A stretch of 64,000 nt of DNA, from assembly GCA_965226795.1 (NCBI GenBank), contig CBDDDZ010000003.1, forward strand, positions 320,001-384,000, read 5' to 3'. The stretch is from Candidatus Latescibacterota bacterium (lineage in GTDB: Bacteria; Latescibacterota; UBA2968; GCA-2709665). How positions within the stretch are numbered: the stretch's first letter is position 1; each line of letters opens with the position of its first letter. Below are positions 60,929-64,000 of this stretch, one piece after another. The translations under genes were made by a program, and so were the position numbers. The notes under the pieces were generated by a model. It saw nothing but the letters and a program-made list of their open reading frames with translations, was not told the DNA's origin and did not search any database.

Positions 60929-62155
60929 ATGGATATGATCACCATGGACGAGGCGATTCGCGTCGTCCTGCAACATACGTCCGAGATCGACCGAACAAAC
61001 GTCGATCTGATGGACGCCCTGGGATGCACGCTCGCGGAGGATGTGCGATCGGACATCGACATGCCGCCGTTCGACAAAGCGACCATGGACGGTTACGCGG
61101 TGGTCGGGGCGGACGTCGCGGACGCACGACAGGAAAATCCGGCCGTTCTTGAGGTTATCGAAGAGATTCCGGCCGGGTCGGTTCCTAAAAAAACGGTTTC
61201 ACCCGGTCAGGCCGCCCGAATAATGACGGGCGCGCCGATGCCGGACGGCGCGGACACGGTGGTGATGGTGGAAGAGACCGTGTCGGAGCGGGAGGGGGAT
61301 GGTGTGCGGGTGCTGGCGCCGACGGAGCCGGGACGCAATGTCGTGCCTCTCGGAGAAGACATCAGGCGCAATCAGGTGGTGCTTGAGGACGGAACGTGGA
61401 TTCGGCCGCCGGAAATCGGGATCCTCGCGGCGGTGGGTATGGTCAGCGTACCCGTCTATCGACGGCCGGTCATCGGCGTCGCTGCGACGGGCAGCGAGAT
61501 TGTGGAGCCCGGAAACGACCCGGCAGCCGGACAGATCCGGAACAGCAACGGGTATTCCATGATGGCGCAGGCACTGCGGTCCGGAGCGGAGACGCGTTAT
61601 CTCGGCATCGTGGAAGACGACGAAGCCGCCCTGAATGCGGTGATTTCCCGCGGCCTCGACGAATGCGACGTGGTTCTCCTTTCCGGAGGCGTATCGGCCG
61701 GTATTTATGATCTGGTTCAGGGCGCGATGCGGGATTGCGGCGTGGAGATCTTTTTCGATCGGATTCGGATGAAGCCGGGCAAACCGCTCACCTTTGGCGC
61801 ACGAGGGGAAAAACTCGTCTTCGGTTTGCCGGGCAACCCGGTCTCGGCTGTGGTGGGCCTGGAACTGCTGGTCCGGCCGGCCGTTCGAAAGATGCAGCGG
61901 ATGTGCGAGCTCCATCGGCCGATGGTACGGGGTAGGCTGGCGCAGGCGTTCCGGCAATCGCCGGGGCGAAAGCAATTCGTGCCGGCCAGGTCCCGGGAAG
62001 TCAACGGATGCTGGGAGAGCCGCTGGGTGGGCCACCACGGATCGGCTGACCTGTTTTCTCTTTCACGAGCGAACAGCCTCTTCGTTGTGGAGGCCGAGGT
62101 GGAGGCTCTCGAGGCGGGGTCGGAAGTGGACATCGTGCTTCTGGAAGAATGGTAG
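60929..62155 (+). CDS. moeA: Molybdopterin molybdenumtransferase MoeA
   Basis: PPFDKATMDGYA, IMTGAP.P.GAD, SGGVSAG..D, KPGKP, LPGNPVS. Confidence 0.96.
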   Translation: MDMITMDEAIRVVLQHTSEIDRTNVDLMDALGCTLAEDVRSDIDMPPFDKATMDGYAVVGADVADARQENPAVLEVIEEIPAGSVPKKTVSPGQAARIMTGAPMPDGADTVVMVEETVSEREGDGVRVLAPTEPGRNVVPLGEDIRRNQVVLEDGTWIRPPEIGILAAVGMVSVPVYRRPVIGVAATGSEIVEPGNDPAAGQIRNSNGYSMMAQALRSGAETRYLGIVEDDEAALNAVISRGLDECDVVLLSGGVSAGIYDLVQGAMRDCGVEIFFDRIRMKPGKPLTFGARGEKLVFGLPGNPVSAVVGLELLVRPAVRKMQRMCELHRPMVRGRLAQAFRQSPGRKQFVPARSREVNGCWESRWVGHHGSADLFSLSRANSLFVVEAEVEALEAGSEVDIVLLEEW

Positions 62156-62192
62156 CGCGAATCGCGCCTCCAGAATCGTTCCGGCATTTGAC

Positions 62193-62663
62193 ATGGCGAA
62201 TCTGACACATATTGCCGAAGACGGAACCGTGCGGATGGTGGACGTCACGGAGAAAGCCGTGACCGACCGCGTGGCGGTTGCGGGCGGTGAAATTGCCATG
62301 GCGCCCGAGACGGCGCGGCTGGTTTCCGGGGGGGAGCTGCCCAAGGGTAACGTATTGGAGACCGCCCGGATTGCGGGGATCATGGCGGCGAAACGCACGT
62401 GGGAGCTGATCCCGCTCTGCCATCCCGTGGATCCCACGGGCATCGAACTCAGCTTTGCCGTGGGACATGACCGTATCGAAGCGGAAGCCAGCGTACGCGT
62501 GACGGGCAAGACCGGAGTGGAGATGGAGGCGTTGACGGCCGTAAGCGCGGCGCTGTTGACCGTCTACGATATGTGCAAGGCCGTGGACAGGGATATGGCG
62601 ATCCGGAATATCCGCCTCCTGAGGAAAACCGGCGGCCGCAGCGGGGACTATGTCCGGACGTAG
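62193..62663 (+). CDS. moaC: Cyclic pyranopterin monophosphate synthase MoaC
   Basis: MVDVTEK, AGIMAAK.T.ELIPLCH, TGVEMEAL, YDMCKA. Confidence 0.97.
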   Translation: MANLTHIAEDGTVRMVDVTEKAVTDRVAVAGGEIAMAPETARLVSGGELPKGNVLETARIAGIMAAKRTWELIPLCHPVDPTGIELSFAVGHDRIEAEASVRVTGKTGVEMEALTAVSAALLTVYDMCKAVDRDMAIRNIRLLRKTGGRSGDYVRT

Positions 62664-62842
62664 AAATCCGTAGCAAACGTTGTTGTTTTTCTTTGTTTGA
62701 TCTCGAATAGATACTTGCCTTGATTCGTAAACGTCGCGCACAACTGTTAGTTTGCGCGACGGCTTCACACACCGTCACCCGCCTGCCGCGCGGCGAGGCA
62801 CACTGGCGCCGATAAACCGATGGTCGTACCACGAAAGTCAAT

Positions 62843-62918
62843 GCGCCCATAGCTCAATAGGCAGAGCAGCTGACTCTTAATCAGAAGGTTCGGGGTTCGA
62901 TTCCCTGTGGGCGCACCA
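62843..62918 (+). tRNA. tRNA-Lys (CTT)
   Basis: Acceptor stem GCGCCCA/TGGGCGC, anticodon loop CTCTTAA, GGTTCGATTCC T-arm, encoded CCA; 76 nt. Confidence 0.97.
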
Positions 62919-62942
62919 ATTTCCGGCTGCCCCTTCCGGCGG

Positions 62943-63024
62943 CCTGACGGATACGACAAGACCCCGCCTGACGGATACGACAAGACCCCGATGGACAATC
63001 CCGCCGGGGTCTTGTCGTATCCGT
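62943..63024. repeat. Two tandem 24-bp direct repeats plus an inverted 20-bp copy
   Basis: CCTGACGGATACGACAAGACCCCG at 62943-62966 and 62967-62990; CGGGGTCTTGTCGTATCCGT at 63005-63024. Confidence 0.92.
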
Positions 63025-63268
63025 GCCGCAAAAAGCGGGGGGTAGACGACGAGATGTGCTTGCTGGATGCAGAGGCAAATTCACTCCAATTGCGGTGTAT
63101 CGCATATCTGGCCCCGTCGGGATCATATAGCGTATATATCCTTTTTCGATAATAACGACCTTTGTTGTTTTCACAACTGCAAATAGGGCACAGCAGTGAC
63201 GCCGGGTCCTGAAGTCGAGCAACTGAAATGCACCATAGTAAATGGGCAACCTATCCTGGAGCTAACCG

Positions 63269-64000
63269 ATGAACCACAGTGAGATCGTCAGCTTCATCTG
63301 GGGTGTTGCGGATCTGATTCGCGACAGCTTCAAACGCGGCAAATACCAGGACGTCATTCTGCCCCTGACCGTGCTGCGCCGTCTTGACTGCGTCCTTGCT
63401 CCGACCAAGCGACAAGTGCTCAAACGACAGGCGGAGTTGAGAGGTCGCGGCCTTGAAGATCTGAAAGGACAACTGCGCGAAACATCCGGCTTCGCATTCT
63501 ACAACACTTCACGCTATGACTTCGACACGTTGCTGGCCGATGCGCCCCAACTTGCCGCCAACCTGAGGAACTACATCGCCGGCTTCAGCGATAACATGCG
63601 CGAGGTGTTGGAACGATTCGACTTCGACAACACGATCAGCAAACTTGACGAAGCAGGGTTGCTGTTCCAGGTGCTGGAGCGTTTCAAGAACGTCGACCTG
63701 CACCCCGATCTGATCGACAACGCGACCATGGGGACGGTCTTCGAAGAGTTGATCCGACGCTTCAACGAAGCCCTCGACGAGAATCCCGGTGAGCACTTCA
63801 CGCCGAGGGACGTGGTCCATCTGATGGTGGACCTCATGCTCGCCGGCGAAAAAGACCGCATCGCCCGACCCGGCGTTGTGCGTAGTGTTTACGACCCATG
63901 CTGCGGCTCCGGCGGCATGTTGACCATCGCCAAGGAACACATGACGAGGGGCATGCGAAGCAACGGCGAAGTCCTTCGCCCCGCTATCAATCCGGAGGCG
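63269..64000 (+). CDS. hsdM: Type I restriction-modification DNA methyltransferase subunit M, 3'-truncated by window edge
   Basis: Translated by hand: MNHSEIVSFIWGVADLIRD...VILPLTVLRRLDCVL, GEHFTPRDV, YDPCCGSGGML. Confidence 0.93.
   Translation, partial: MNHSEIVSFIWGVADLIRDSFKRGKYQDVILPLTVLRRLDCVLAPTKRQVLKRQAELRGRGLEDLKGQLRETSGFAFYNTSRYDFDTLLADAPQLAANLRNYIAGFSDNMREVLERFDFDNTISKLDEAGLLFQVLERFKNVDLHPDLIDNATMGTVFEELIRRFNEALDENPGEHFTPRDVVHLMVDLMLAGEKDRIARPGVVRSVYDPCCGSGGMLTIAKEHMTRGMRSNGEVLRPAINPEA

Noticed and set aside
62943..63024. Possible mini CRISPR array
   Set aside because: The repeats abut with no spacer, the third copy is inverted, and there are no cas genes in the window.

Overview
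A GC-rich bacterial chromosomal segment with dense coding. Gene content suggests an FCB-group organism such as Latescibacterota; this is inference from the PorV-like barrel, DUF6785-type membrane protein, multiple PhyH/Gfo/SDR paralogues and the tgt-yajC-fmt block. Housekeeping genes: proS, tgt, yajC, fmt, dnaK, sucC, gpmI, acnA, mdh, rplU, rpmA, an Rne/Rng RNase, moeA, moaC and tRNA-Lys(CTT). Other blocks are a variant cytochrome c maturation operon (CcmE with CxxxY), a kdgK-eda-ROK sugar-acid cluster, an ~11 kb minus-strand run of mostly uncharacterised catabolic genes, and the start of a type I restriction-modification hsdM just after the tRNA. The most notable unexplained signals are: (1) an AT-rich overlapping two-gene cassette with its own promoter, palindromic operator and terminator (toxin-antitoxin-like, 6798-7440); (2) a four-copy MITE-like family, always in the same orientation just upstream of genes; (3) a structured ~240-nt leader or ncRNA candidate upstream of tgt; (4) a sigma54-type promoter with enhancer-like repeats upstream of an FmdB-dnaK pair; (5) a zinc-peptidase pseudogene with an internal deletion; (6) a polysaccharide deacetylase with degenerate catalytic motifs; (7) tandem plus inverted repeats at the tRNA/island junction. 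I saw no CRISPR array, rRNA, transposase or integrase. All family calls come from motif recognition by eye; no database search was run.
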